DNA of 64,000 nucleotides from Macrostomum hystrix (taxonomy: Eukaryota > Animalia > Platyhelminthes), in contig CATNEN010000002.1 of the NCBI GenBank assembly GCA_950097015.1, forward strand, positions 2,170,001 through 2,234,000, in the 5' to 3' direction. Positions 48,824 to 62,230 of this stretch are shown piece after piece. The position numbers and the translations under genes were made by a program. The first letter of the stretch is position 1. The number at the start of each line of letters is the position of its first letter. A model generated the notes under the pieces. That model was not told where the DNA came from, searched no databases, and saw only the letters and a program-made list of their open reading frames with translations.

Positions 48824-51800
48824 ATGGAACTAGAAGCAGACACAATGGAACTAGAAGCAGACACAATGGAACTAGAAGCAGACACAATGGAACTAGAAGC
48901 AGACACCATGGAACTAGAAGCAGACACAGTGGAACTAGAAGCAGACACAGTGGAACTAGAAGCAGACACAGTGGAACTAGAATCAGACACAGTGGAACTA
49001 GAATCAGACACAGTGGAACTAGAAGCAGACACAGTAGAACTAGAAGCAGACACAGTGGAACTAGAAGCATACACAGTAGAACTAGAATCAGACACAGTGG
49101 AACTAGAAGCAGACACAGTGGAACTAGAATCAGACACAGTGGAACTAGAAGCAGACACAGTAGAACTAGAAGCAGACACAGTGGAACTAGAATCAGACAC
49201 AGTGGAACTAGAAGCAGACACAGTGGAACTAGAAGCAGACACAGTGGAACTAGAAGCAGACACAGTAGAACTAGAAGCAGACACAGTAGAACTAGAATCA
49301 GACACAGTGGAACTAGAAGCAGACACAGTGGAACTAGAAGCAGACACAGTGGAACTAGAATCAGACACAGTGGAACTAGAAGCAGACACAGTGGAACTAG
49401 AAGCAGACACAGTGGAACTAGAAGCAGACACAGTGGAACTAGAATCAGACACAGTGGAACTAGAAGCAGACACAGTGGAACTAGAAGCAGACACAGTGGA
49501 ACTAGAAGCAGACACAGTGGAACTAGAAGCAGACACAGTGGAACTAGAAGCAGACACAGTGGAACTAGAAGCAGACACAGTGGAACTAGAAGCAGACACA
49601 GTGGAACTAGAAGCAGACACAGTGGAACTAGAAGCAGACACAGTGGAACTGGAAGCAGACACAGTAGAACTAGAATCAGACACAGTGGAACTAGAAGCAG
49701 ACACAGTAGAACTAGAATCAGACACAGTGGAACTGGAAGCAGACACAGTGGAACTAGAAGCGGACACAGTGGAACTAGAATCAGACACAGTGGAACTAGA
49801 ATCAGACACAGTGGAACCAGAATCAGACACAGTGGAACTAGAAGCAGACACAGTAGAACTAGAAGCAGACACAGTGGAACTAGAAGCAGACACAGTGGAA
49901 CTAGAATCAGACACAGTGGAACTAGAATCAGACACAGTGGAACTAGAATCAGACACAGTGGAACTAGAAGCAGACACAGTAGAACTAGAAGCAGACACAG
50001 TGGAACTAGAAGCATACACAGTAGAACTAGAAGCAGACACAGTGGAACTAGAAGCAGACACAGTGGAACTAGAATCAGACACAGTGGAACTAGAAGCAGA
50101 CACAGTAGAACTAGAAGCAGACACAGTGGAACTAGAATCAGACACAGTGGAACTAGAATCAGACACAGTGGAACTAGAAGCAGACACAGTAGAACTAGAA
50201 GCAGACACAGTGGAACTAGAAGCATACACAGTAGAACTAGAAGCAGACACAGTGGAACTAGAAGCAGACACAGTGGAACTAGAATCAGACACAGTGGAAC
50301 TAGAAGCAGACACAGTGGAACTAGAAGCAGACACAGTGGAACTAAAAGCAGACACAGTGGAACTAGAAGCAGACACAGTGGAACTAGAATCAGACACAGT
50401 GGAACTAGAATCAGACACAGTGGAACTAGAATCAGACACAGTGGAACTAGAAGCAGACACAGTGGAACTAGAATCAGACACAGTGGAACTAGAAGCAGAC
50501 ACAGTGGAACTAGAAGCAGACACAGTGGAACTAGAAGCAGACACAGTGGAACTAGAAGCAGACACAGTGGAACTAGAAGCAGACACAGTGGAACTAGAAT
50601 CAGACACAGTGGAACTAGAAGCAGACACAGTAGAACTAGAAGCAGACACAGTGGAACTAGAATCAGACACAGTGGAACTAGAATCAGACACAGTGGAACT
50701 AGAAGCAGACACAGTAGAACTAGAAGCAGACACAGTGGAACTAGAAGCATACACAGTAGAACTAGAAGCAGACACAGTGGAACTAGAAGCAGACACAGTG
50801 GAACTAGAATCAGACACAGTGGAACTAGAAGCAGACACAGTGGAACTAGAAGCAGACACAGTGGAACTAAAAGCAGACACAGTGGAACTAGAATCAGACA
50901 CAGTGGAACTAGAATCAGACACAGTGGAACTAGAAGCAGACACAGTGGAACTAGAATCAGACACAGTGGAACTAGAAGCAGACACAGTGGAACTAGAAGC
51001 AGACACAGTGGAACTAGAAGCAGACACAGTGGAACTAGAAGCAGACACAGTGGAACTAGAAGCAGACACAGTGGAACTAAAAGCAGACACAGTGGAACTA
51101 GAAGCAGACACAGTGGAACTAGAAGCAGACACAGTGGAACTAGAAGCAGACACAGTGGAACTAGAAGCAGACACAGTGGAACTAAAAGCAGACACAGTGG
51201 AACTAGAAGCAGACACAGTGGAACTAGAATCAGACACAGTGGAACTAGAAGCAGACACAGTGGAACTAGAAGCAGACACAGTGGAACTAGAAGCAGACAC
51301 AGTGGAACTGGAAGCAGACACAGTGGAACTAGAATCAGACACAGTGGAACTAGAATCAGACACAGTGGAACTAGAATCAGACACAGTGGAACTAGAAGCA
51401 GACACAGTGGAACTAGAATCAGACACAGTGGAACTAGAATCAGACACAGTGGAACTAGAATCAGACACAGTGGAACTAGAAGCAGACACAGTGGAACTAG
51501 AATCAGACACAGTGGAACTAGAAGCAGACACAGTGGAACTAGAAGCAGACACAGTGGAACTAGAAGCAGACACAGTGGAACTAGAAGCAGACACAGTGGA
51601 ACTAGAAGCAGACACAGTGGAACTAAAAGCAGACACAGTGGAACTAGAAGCAGACACAGTGGAACTAGAATCAGACACAGTAGAACTAGAAGTAGACACA
51701 GTGGAACTAGAAGCAGACACAGTGGAACTAAAAGCAGACACAGTGGAACTAGAAGCAGACACAGTGGAACTAGAAGCAGACACAGTGGAACTAGAAGCAG

Positions 51801-52365
51801 ACACAGTGGAACTAGAAGCAGACACAGTGGAACTAGAAGCAGACACAGTGGAACTAGAAGCAGACACAGTGGAACTAGAAGCAGACACAGTGGAACTAGA
51901 AGCAGACACAGTGGAACTAGAAGCAGACACAGTGGAACTAGAATCAGACACAGTGGAACTGGAAGCAGACACAGTGGAACTAAAAGCAGACACAGTGGAA
52001 CTAGAATCAGACACAGTGGAACTAGAAGCAGACACAGTGGAACTAAAAGCAGACACAGTGGAACTAGAAGCAGACACAGTGGAACTAGAATCAGACACAG
52101 TGGAACTAGAATCAGACACAGTGGAACTAGAATCAGACACAGTGGAACTAGAAGCAGACACAGTGGAACTAGAAGCAGACACAGTGGAACTAGAAGCAGA
52201 CACAGTGGAATTAGAAGCAGACACAGTGGAACTAGAATCAGACACAGTGGAACTAGAAGCAGACACAGTGGAACTAGAAGCAGACACAGTAGAACTAGAA
52301 GCAGACACAGTGGAACTAGAAGCAGACACAGTGGAACTAGAAGCAGACACAGTGGAACTAGAAGT
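48824..52365. repeat. 21-nt satellite (GTGGAACTAGAAGCAGACACA)n, ~168 units, with higher-order blocks
   Basis: GCATAC variant recurs at 210- and 525-bp spacing (50012, 50222, 50747). Confidence 0.97.
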
Positions 52366-54119
52366 ACATGTTAACGAGAAACATGTTGAGACTGCTCTCA
52401 TTTTTTACAACGTGTGGTTTTTCAACACAAGTGTAAAATATTTGGAAGTGCAACGTCCGGATTTAATAAAAACATATTTTGACAGGTCTTGTCATGATTC
52501 TATTCGTTCCTGAAAGACGAAGACTTAGCTTCACAATGCTTGCATGGATAAATAATTTTATTAAAGATCTTATTGATCAAAAAACTTTGTCCTAACCAGG
52601 TGCACTTTTAGTAAAGAAATGCAAAAGCAACCACTTTTGGTGGCCGTTGAAAATGTAACTACAAAAAAGTTAAATATGTGTTTGAAGAAATATGAACAAG
52701 CTTTTTTATGTCAAGAAATGCCTCTGAAATGTCAGGACAGATTTCAAAGAATTTTAGACAGGTTTCAAAGAAATAGAGACCGATTTCTAAGAAACCAAGA
52801 CACATTTCTTCGAAATCGAGACATTTACGACAGTCAATATGTAATTTTACCTCGATACTTGAAAAGCAGTATCGATTTCTGAACTCATACTAGCTTCCCA
52901 GATGGAACCAGATTTAGAAGAAAACGATAGAAATTTCTAAGAAATTTAGACATACTTCTAGGAAAGGGAGGCATCGGTGAGGAATCGACACATTAGTTTT
53001 TTTAAGGCAGGACTATTTAAATTTTAGAAATGCTTAGACATATCGGGGTATGTCAAAAAGTTAAGAGACATTTCTAAGAAATCTAGAGAAGTTTCTAAGA
53101 AATGTAAAATCAAAAGTAATTTTTTTAAATCAAGTTCTGAAGAACATAATGCTTGTGTCGTTAGAATAGAGCCGTATATAACTATATATTAATTTTGAAA
53201 CTGTAAAGTTCACTGCTATGAAAAAGCCTGTAATAATTGCGACCTTGAAAACAGAATTCCTTTGTGTAGGAAATATCACTTTGAATGATAATTAAAATTA
53301 TTAAGCTTGCAGTTTAATCAGGAAGCTTGCGAGAACTCAAAATAATGCCTGTGTGCAAGCTACAAGCAGTCACAATGCCGCCGCTCTTGTTTGCTGGCTT
53401 GTCCAGTTTCTTTAGCGAAAGAAATCTTCATTAACAAAGCAAAGCATGTTGACGTGTACTAATTAGGGCTCGTTACCATGACAACCGTATGACTCTTTTG
53501 TCTTCAAAGACTATTTTTTCAAATTCGAAATTAATTCCAATCAGGACACATTGTGCTGAAGTATTTATAGACGCGTCGAGAAATTCAGCAATTTGGAAAG
53601 AATGCCCACTTTTCCATCAGCTCTTGTAGCAGTGGAAATGACCTGGGGGGGCTATTTCCCCCTGGGGAAGGCCATGGAGTTCAAATATTTTTTCCGTGTT
53701 CTGGAACTTCATGACGATTGGTTGAATAATTTGGTAGATAAAGGAAAAGAAAATTGTTGGGATTTTGAAATACTTACTGTGAACTGCAACTTCAAAATCA
53801 ATTTTTAGATTCAAAACCCAAGACTTGTCCTTCTACGGGGATTTGCATCCAGAATTTCTAAAGGGATCACTGCTGAAATCAGTATTTCGCCATAGGTTTT
53901 CATAATCGTATTAAATTATTGTCAATTTATTCTCTATAATCGTAGAATCTAATAACTTATTCTCTTTTTTATTCCTTAAATCTCATGCGTCTATATTTTA
54001 AGCTGGATTAGCAGCATTGCCAAATATGCTGCATAACAAGGTCATTTTCTAGGAAACGCGACTTCATACAGTCTTACAATAGCTATTCAGGGGCTATTGC
54101 AGTACACGAGAAATAAGAT

Positions 54120-54900
54120 GTTAGTTTGTGTAGTATGTAAAATTCATGTGTAGTATGTGAAAGTCATGTGTAGTATGTGAAAATCATGTATAGTATGTGA
54201 ACATCATGTGTAGTATGTGAAAATAATGTGTAGTATGTGAACATCATGTGTAGTATGAGAAAGTCATTTGTAGTATGTGAAAATCATCTGTAGTATGTGA
54301 AAGTCATTTGTAGTATGTGAACATCATGTATAGTATGTGAAAATCATGTGTAGTATGTGAAAATCATGTGTAGTATGTGAAAATCATGTGTAGTATGTGA
54401 AAATCATGTGTAGTATGTGAAAATCATGTGTAGTATGTGAAAATCATGTGTAGTATGTGAAAATCATCTGTAGCCTGTGATATTCACGGGTTGTTAAGTG
54501 AAAATCATGTGTAGTATGTGAACATCATGTGTAGTATGTGAAAATAATGTGTAGTATGTGAACATCATGTGTAGTATGAGAAAGTCATTTGTAGTATGTG
54601 AAAATCATCTGTAGTATGTGAAAGTCATTTGTAGTATGTGAACATCATGTATAGTATGTGAAAATCATGTGTAGTATGTGAAAATCATGTGTAGTATGTG
54701 AAAATCATGTGTAGTATGTGAAAATCATGTGTAGTATGTGAAAATCATGTGTAGTATGTGAAAATCATGTGTAGTATGTGAAAATCATCTGTAGCCTGTG
54801 ATATTCACGGGTTGTTAAGTGAAAATCATGTGTAGTATGTGAAAATCATGTGTAGTATGTGAAAATAATGTGTAGCCTGTGATATTCACGGGTTGTTAAG
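54120..54900. repeat. 20-nt minisatellite (TGTAGTATGTGAAAATCATG)n with ~320-bp higher-order duplication
   Basis: Insert TAGCCTGTGATATTCACGGGTTGTTAAG repeated at ~54471, 54792, 54873. Confidence 0.95.
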
Positions 54901-56134
54901 TGAAAATCACATGTCATATGTGAAATTTAGGCTTAGCATCTGAGGTGTGAATGGACATCAGAAGCGTTTAATTAAGTTTGTTAAAATGCATGAGAACAAT
55001 AGCGGTGCAAAACACAGGTGCTTTAATTATGGCTTCAAACTGACAACAATAATAACAAGATTTCGTACTAGAATTTGAGGAAGGTGAAGAAAAATAAAAG
55101 GAAAAAAGTTTTTCAAAAGCCGGTGGAAAAAACGAGCATCTGCCCCCCAAAGCTCAAACCTCTAACACCTTTCTTTAGCAGCAAGCAACAACAAACCCAA
55201 GGTCGATTTTGACTAGCAAAGAAAAAATTTCCACTCCTAAAGAGGCTGGAACTGCAACGAAGCCCTGCCCCCCAGTCTGAGGTATCCAAATCGTTGTTTC
55301 AATTTATTTTTCCATGCAGCGTTGCCAGAATCAAATCAAAGACTGACCAGACGCAAGGATACAAAGCTACAGCCTTTGCGCGATTAGAAAACTAAAATGT
55401 AGTACGTAAGATAACAAACAAGAGTGCAAAAATCTTCAACTTACTACTTACTGATAAGTAGTAATAATGAACGGATTTTCCTGAGAGTATTTTTTCATCA
55501 TCAACTGATTTCAAAGGCCTCGATTAATTTAGAAATTAACTTCTAGACAATTGGTCGATTCGCTGATTTACCAGGAACTGTGCTAGAAACCACAATGTGG
55601 TAATTATTTACCTATTGTTCTAATCACTAATTGTTACTTACTGATACTTACTTATTAACGTTGAAAGTTCACGGGGGCATTAAAAAACGCACATTTTCTA
55701 TTTTTGTACCTCTTAAAAATTTCATCGCCATAAAAATCAAGAACACGAGCGAAAATCTTACGCTCTAACAGAAAAAAAGCTACTTCCAGAATCACAAATT
55801 ACAAATATCGGCAAACTCGAGATGTACAACAATTGTCTGGTGGGTTGCCTGGTGGCAAAACAAAAAAGGCATTATTGTTTCTGCTCAGAAAACTTCATTA
55901 TGTGAGTATGTCAGTTATTATTGTTGATTGATAATAAATTATTACAACCAATTGTTATTATAACCATGTATTATAACCATTGTTATTATAATTGTCCATG
56001 GACTGAACAGCTCTACACAACCTTTGAAAGGGCCACTAAATAGCAGGTCGTTGTGAGAAAATAGATTGTTTTTAAATAAAAATAAATTTCTTAGATCATC
56101 TCAAACTACTTACTGCTGCTTTTCTCTCTAAAGG

Positions 56135-58680
56135 TCTCAATCCGAAACTAAATCCCAATCCGAATCCGAAACTAAACCCCAATCCGAATCCAAAACTTAA
56201 CCCCAATCCGAATCCGAAATAAAACACCAATTCGAATCCGAAACTAAATCCCAATCCGAATCCGAAACTAATCCCCAATTCGAATCCGAAACTAAACCCC
56301 AATCCGAATCCGAAACTTAACCCCAATCCGAATCCGAAACTAAACCCCAATCTAAATCCGAAACTAATCCCCAATTCGAATCCGAAACTAAACCCCAATC
56401 CGAATCCGAAACTAAACCCCAATCCGAATCCGAAACTAAACCCCAATCCGAATCCGAAAATAAACCCCAATCCGAATCCGAATCCGAAACTAAACCCCAA
56501 TCCGAATCCGAAACTAAACCCCAATTCGAATCCGAAACTAAACCCCAATCCGAATCCGAAACTAAACCCCAATTCGAATCCGAAACTAATCCCCAATCCG
56601 AATCCGAAACTAAACCCCAATCCGAATCCGAAACTAAACCCCAATCCGAATCCGAAACTAAACCCCAATCCGAATCCGAAACTTAACCCCAATCCGAATC
56701 CGAAACTAAACCCCAATCTAAATCCGAAACTAAACCCCAATCCGAATCCGAAACTAAACCCCAATCCGAATCCGAAACTAAACCCCAATCCGAATCCGAA
56801 ACTAAATCCCAATTCGAATCCGAAACTAAATCCCAATTCGAATCCGAAACTAATCCCCAATCCGAATCCGAAACTAAACCCCAATCCGAATCCGAAACTA
56901 ATCCCCAATCCGAATCCGAAACTAATCCCCAATCCGAATCCGAAACTAAACCCCAATCCGAATCCGAAACTAAACCCCAATCCGAATCCGAAACTAAACC
57001 CCAATTCGAATCCGAAACTTAACCCCAATCCGAATCCGAAACTAAACCCCAATCTAAATCCGAAACCAAACCCCAATCCGAATCCGAAACTAAACCCCAA
57101 TCCGAATCCGAAACTAAACCCCAATCCGAATCCGAAACTAAATCCCAATTCGAATCCGAAACTAAATCCCGATTCGAATCCGAAACTAAATCCCAATTCG
57201 AATCCGAAACTAATCCCCAATTCGAATCCGAAACTAATCCCCAATTCGAATCCGAAACTAAATCCCAATTCGAATCCGAAACTAAACCCCAATTCGAATC
57301 CGAAACTAAATCCCAATTCGAATCCGAAACTAAACCCCAATTCGAATCCGAAACTAAATCCCAATTCGAATCCGAAACTAAATCCCAATCCGAATCCGAA
57401 ACTAAATCCCAATCCGAATCCGAAACTAAACCCCAATTCGAATCCGAAACTAAATCCCAATTCGAATCCGAAACTAAACCCCAATTCGAATCCGAAACTA
57501 AATCCCAATTCGAATCCGAAACTAAACCCCAATTCGAATCCGAAACTAAACCCCAATTCGAATCCGAAACTAAATCCCAATTCGAATCCGAAACTAAATC
57601 CCAATTCGAATCCGAAACTAAATCCCAATTCGAATCCGAAACTAAATCCCAATTCGAATCCGAAACTAAATCCCAATTCGAATCCGAACCTAATCCTAAT
57701 TCGAATCCGAAACTAATCCCCAATTCGAATCCGAAACTTAACCCCAATCCGAATCCGAAACTAAACCCCAATTCGAATCCGAAACTAAACCCCAATCCGA
57801 ATCCGAAACTAAACCCCAATCCGAATCCGAAACTTAACCCCAATCCGAATCCGAAACTAATCCCCAATTCGAATCCGAAACTAAATCCCAATTCGAATCC
57901 GAAACTAATCCCCAATTCGAATCCGAAACTAAATCCCAATTCGAATCCGAAACTAATCCCCAATTCGAATCCGAAACTAAACCCCAATCCGAATCCGAAA
58001 CTAAACCCCAATCCGAATCCGAAACTAAACCCCAATCCGAATCCGAAACTAAACCCCAATCCGAATCCGAAAATAAACCCCAATCCGAATCCGAATCCGA
58101 AACTAAACCCCAATCCGAATCCGAAACTTAACCCCAATCCGAATCCGAAACTAAACCCCAATCCGAATCCGAAACTAAACCCCAATCCGAATCCGAAACT
58201 AAACCCCAATCCGAATCCGAAACTTAACCCCAATCCGAATCCGAAACTAAACCCCAATCCGAATCCGAAACTAAACCCCAATCCGAATCCGAATCCGAAA
58301 CTAAACCCCAATCCGAATCCGAATCCGAAACTAAACCCCAATCCGAATCCGAAACTAAACCCCAATCCGAATCCGAAACTTAACCCCAATCCGAATCCGA
58401 AACTAAACCCCAATCCGAATCCGAAACTAAACCCCAATCCGAATCCGAAACTAAACCCCAATCCGAATCCGAAACTAAACCCCAATCCGAATCCGAAACT
58501 AAACCCCAATCCGAATCCGAATCCGAAACTAAACCCCAATCCGAATCCGAAACTTAACCCCAATCCGAATCCGAAACTAAACCCCAATCCGAATCCGAAA
58601 CTAAACCCCAATCCGAATCCGAAACTAAACCCCAATCCGAATCCGAAACTAAACCCCAATCCGAATCCGAAACTAAACTA
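56135..58680. repeat. 24-nt satellite (AATCCGAAACTAAACCCCAATCCG)n
   Basis: ~105 units; same unit restarts at 63913; explains the GFSFGFGL ORFs. Confidence 0.97.
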
Positions 58681-60147
58681 CTTAAATCCGTTGAGACCCA
58701 ACTTCAACGCCAGCTTGGATTGTCAAAGTTTAAATTTTCAAGTAGACTATCGTTAAATTTAAGCGTTAACTGAATTCAATCTCTAAATTTAGTTTGCATC
58801 GCGAAATCAAAGCATGAAGAGTTTTTTAAATTTTGTCTGTCGTAAGTTGTCTTGCAAAAAGTGTTTTTTACGCTTACAAAAATTTTCTTTGAGATTCAAA
58901 ATGAAAAAGCGCAACCTTTAAATGATAATTATTGAGAAAAAAATGCATATCAAGTCCACAATGTCTGCTTTATTGCTTTGTTAGTCACGCCATCTTAAGC
59001 CAATAAACCTACACCCTTGCAAGCCCCCTCCCCCTACAGCTCACATTGCTTCGAAAACAACTCAGAAAACGTGCTTCAATATGAACGGCATTAGAGAATT
59101 TTCTGTCCTTTAATTAGCATTTGAGCACGCTCCTGCCATTATCTACGGTGGAGCGTCTTCTGGAAGATGTGGCTCCGGACAATGACCCTATGCAATCTAA
59201 GCGAGCTTAAACGTAAGCTTTGAATAGCTTTTCATACTATCATTTGAGCAGTTTCTTTTCATTGCAATGTGAGTTACGATGACAGTCCTGAGAGTTCTCA
59301 ACTTGGCTAGGCAGCAAGCCTAGGCATTGAAGTTTTTCAATTCTAGAAAATGGCCAAGAATTTATTTGTTTTGCTGCTTCATTTCGTCTCACCGACGGTG
59401 CACGTGTTTTCTACGCTTCTTGGATGGTTTAGCATTATTAATTGAGGTTTCAAATTCTGTCTTTGTCACTGACATTTAATGACGTTGAAAAGGACTGCAA
59501 TTTTAAACTTACTATAACCCGCCATAGTGGCGCCCCCTCATAGTGGCGCCCCCTCATAGTGGCTCAGGGACCTTGGTGCATACCGCTCTACCATTCACTC
59601 AGATTAATTCGGATGTAGAAGAAAAGATATAAAAAACGTGTTCCGTGTCTTTAAACAGGAAAATGCAGTCATTGCTCTCCGTATCTATCCATGCATTTTC
59701 TTCCAGTGACACAAGCATTGAACTGATTTGTAATTGGACTCGTGGTCGATTGTCTTCGCAAAAAGTCATGACTCATTTCGAATTCCTGTTGGCATCTTTG
59801 CTTTTAGACCGAAGCCAGAATTTTCCAGAACCAGATGGCAAACAAACCAAGCAGCTTTTGCTGTTTTCCAATGCATGTCAAGCCATTCCGTTTGGTTTGT
59901 AATAGAGATAATAGAAAAAAAGATTCGCAAAGTTTTCAATGTCATTGGCCGCCCAAAGTGCACAATGCAGTTTGAGTCCAACTCAGTCATGTGCGAGCAA
60001 AGCTTCTCACTCGAAGAAAGTTTTTCAGGAGTGAATTGCCTGCAAGCGGTCGCACTCATTAACACCCGACCCAGAAGCACATGCCGCCACCCACAACGAG
60101 CAAAGTATGCAGCGACATTCGGGTTGACGAAAAACGTGCTAAAAATG

Positions 60148-60157
60148 GTCTATAAAT
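60148..60157 (+). promoter_or_regulatory. TATA box GTCTATAAAT of peptide gene 1
   Basis: 110 bp upstream of the ATG at 60258; identical decamer at 63011. Confidence 0.6.
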
Positions 60158-60257
60158 TAAAGTGAGCTTTGAGCACTCCAGATCTTCTTCAACCAAGGGA
60201 GTAAACAGCAACTCGAAAGCCTTCTGCAAGCTCACAGTCTCTCTGCAACCAAGCACA

Positions 60258-60497
60258 ATGAAGTGGCAAGTCGCCGCCTTCCTGTTCGTCTGTGTGGCCG
60301 TCGCCGTGATGGCCGGACCGGCTGCCCCCGAGTCCGACGAGGAGCTGCTGTCGGACCTGGCCGAGCTGCAGCAGGCCAGCGAGATCGAGGACACCCCGCT
60401 GGGACTGGAGGCCAAGAGCCGCCTGAAGCGCAAGGTCAAGCGCTACCTGAAGAGGGCCGGATTCCGCAGGCGCTTCATCAGGAAGGTCGTCGGTTGA
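60258..60497 (+). CDS. Secreted prepropeptide 1 (signal + acidic pro + cationic peptide), putative antimicrobial peptide, 79 aa
   Basis: MKWQVAAFLFVCVAVAVMAG-PAAPESDEELLSDLAELQQASEIEDTPLGLEAK-SRLKRKVKRYLKRAGFRRRFIRKVVG*; GC3-rich codons; TATA upstream. Confidence 0.85.
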   Translation: MKWQVAAFLFVCVAVAVMAGPAAPESDEELLSDLAELQQASEIEDTPLGLEAKSRLKRKVKRYLKRAGFRRRFIRKVVG

Positions 60498-61770
60498 ACA
60501 GCACGATCTGGCGATTCGGACACTTTTACCTGTACACGCCACTTCCAAAGAACTACCGCAGTCACTAAAGAGAGTTTGTAAAACAACACGATTGGTGGAA
60601 TTTATTTATGCCGAAGACAGAAAAATGTCTGATGGAAATATAACTGTAGCTATACTTCAACACATAATGTAATGAAAACACAAATCATGTTCATTTATTG
60701 CTACAACAATTTATTATTATTAAAAAATTCTGTTTATATGCTGAATTTACATAGATATGAGTTCATAAGCTTAGGAACTGCAAAGCTGTACTACGAGTTG
60801 AGAACCTTACTTCAAATTCTCCTCCAAATTGCTCTGTATTCTCGTAACTTCTGTAGCGAATCCATATTGCTTCAATAATACAAAAGTTAACAATATAATG
60901 AACAATAAGAGCCGACATGGTTACATGATGAAATTGTGTGAGCAGAAAAATGATGCCTATAGCGTGGTGGTTTTTTCTAGAGACACCTCAACGAGAATCG
61001 TTGAATATCTCGACGATGTTAATGCTTTAGATTTTCATGGCGATTAATTGACTATTTTGAGAAATACAGAAGAAGAAAATGCGCTACTTGAAATACCCCG
61101 TGGTGTTTCTACTGCTAAAAGGTTGTTTTATTCACCAGAAAGATAGTACAACCTACAAGGATTCCGAAGAAGCCTGTCAACCTACGGACTCGGAAATCAC
61201 TTACGTTATATCGCTCGCGAGACTTGAATGTAAGAATAAAGTCAAAATACTTAATTATTTATTGACACTAAGTAAAGCATTCATGCTTTCAAACTAATTA
61301 AAAGTTAAATCAAGAACTTCCTCGCCCGGGACCATCATTCTATTGGTGCAGGGCGTTGGCAGCAGGCTTCAGACTGAAGCACGTAATTTAGAAGCTTTGC
61401 TTAACCTTCTAAAATGCTCGAAGGTGAACTCATGCTGTAGACATCCTCCTAACTACATGTACCCTTGCTGAACTCCTCAGGTACTGTAAAGCGAGATGCC
61501 AGGACAGTCCACCGGCTTGCACTGCGATTGGTTGGTAAATGTGCTTTGGATTCTGCTAAAGATACTTTCAAGGGCATTGGAACATTGTCAGCAGGGAACT
61601 GGCAGAAACTGGAAGCATCGGCCTGCCATCTTTCTGGAACACATTGACTCACCGATACATGGAAGGTCATTGTTGAGAAACATGTCGATAAATTTGAGGC
61701 AGCTTAGCTGGTATCCTAGAGCATCTCTGATCGACAATTCAGCTTAGTCGAGTCCAGGACAGCAAGCGTC

Positions 61771-62121
61771 ATGAAGTGGCAGGTCGCAACTCTGTTGCTC
61801 GCCTGCCTGGCGGTGGCCACGAAGGCAAAGCCGAGCGCCGCTGATCGCAAAGAATCCGATGGACTCAGAGGATCCGGAGACACTCCAGCAGCAGGCCTAT
61901 TTGAGGTGTCCGAGAAGCCGAGACCGACAGGACATGACGTATCGAAGAAGCCCCGACAGCCGGAACCAACGCGCGAGCCCCGACATCCGACAGCAAAGCT
62001 GCAGCTATCGCGCTGCTCATATGAAGGCTGCGTACGGCTGTTCAGTCCATGGACTGGGGGGACGCCACACCCACCCTCAATTACCCCAGCTGATGCTGGT
62101 TCCCATTTAACAGCTTGGTGA
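61771..62121 (+). CDS. Secreted prepropeptide 2 (MKWQ paralog) with SINE-derived C-terminus; possibly pseudogenizing
   Basis: MKWQVATLLLACLAVATKA signal; pro-region ESD..GDTPAAGLFEVSEK aligns with EDTPLGLEAK of gene 1; codons from 62026 onward come from SINE B. Confidence 0.65.
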   Translation: MKWQVATLLLACLAVATKAKPSAADRKESDGLRGSGDTPAAGLFEVSEKPRPTGHDVSKKPRQPEPTREPRHPTAKLQLSRCSYEGCVRLFSPWTGGTPHPPSITPADAGSHLTAW

Positions 62122-62230
62122 ACTGAAGAAATGCAGACCTACGTGTCTTACTAAAGGAAGAAAAAATTCAGTTGATTCCGGAATCGAACCTCCGACGTTC
62201 GAGTCATGAGTTCTACACTCTAAGCACTTG
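62026..62230 (-). mobile_element. tRNA-derived SINE family B copy inserted antisense at the 3' end of peptide gene 2
   Basis: B box GGTTCGATTCC (62180-62190, minus); body matches 29368-29578, starting GGCTGCGTAC at both. Confidence 0.7.

Noticed and set aside
56096-58659. GFSFGFGL ORFs resembling FG-nucleoporin or structural proteins
   Set aside because: 24-nt satellite that recurs at 63913; no flanking gene structure
56133-58698. 8-bp inverted GGTCTCAA/TTGAGACC and direct AAACTACTTA flanking the 24-nt satellite
   Set aside because: Too short, and no TSD, to support a transposon boundary
60162-60257. 32-aa N-terminal extension of peptide gene 1 in the ORF track
   Set aside because: Starts at a non-ATG codon right after the TATA box; paralogs begin at MKWQ
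60829-61297. Two 72-aa ORFs between peptide genes 1 and 2
   Set aside because: AT-rich, no MKWQ signal, and overlap a fragment of the 2169-family repeat
61859-62110. Alternative acidic/Arg-rich frame (MDSEDPETL...) suggesting a frameshifted gene 2
   Set aside because: The unshifted frame already aligns with the gene 1 pro-region (DTP..GL.E..K), so no frameshift is needed
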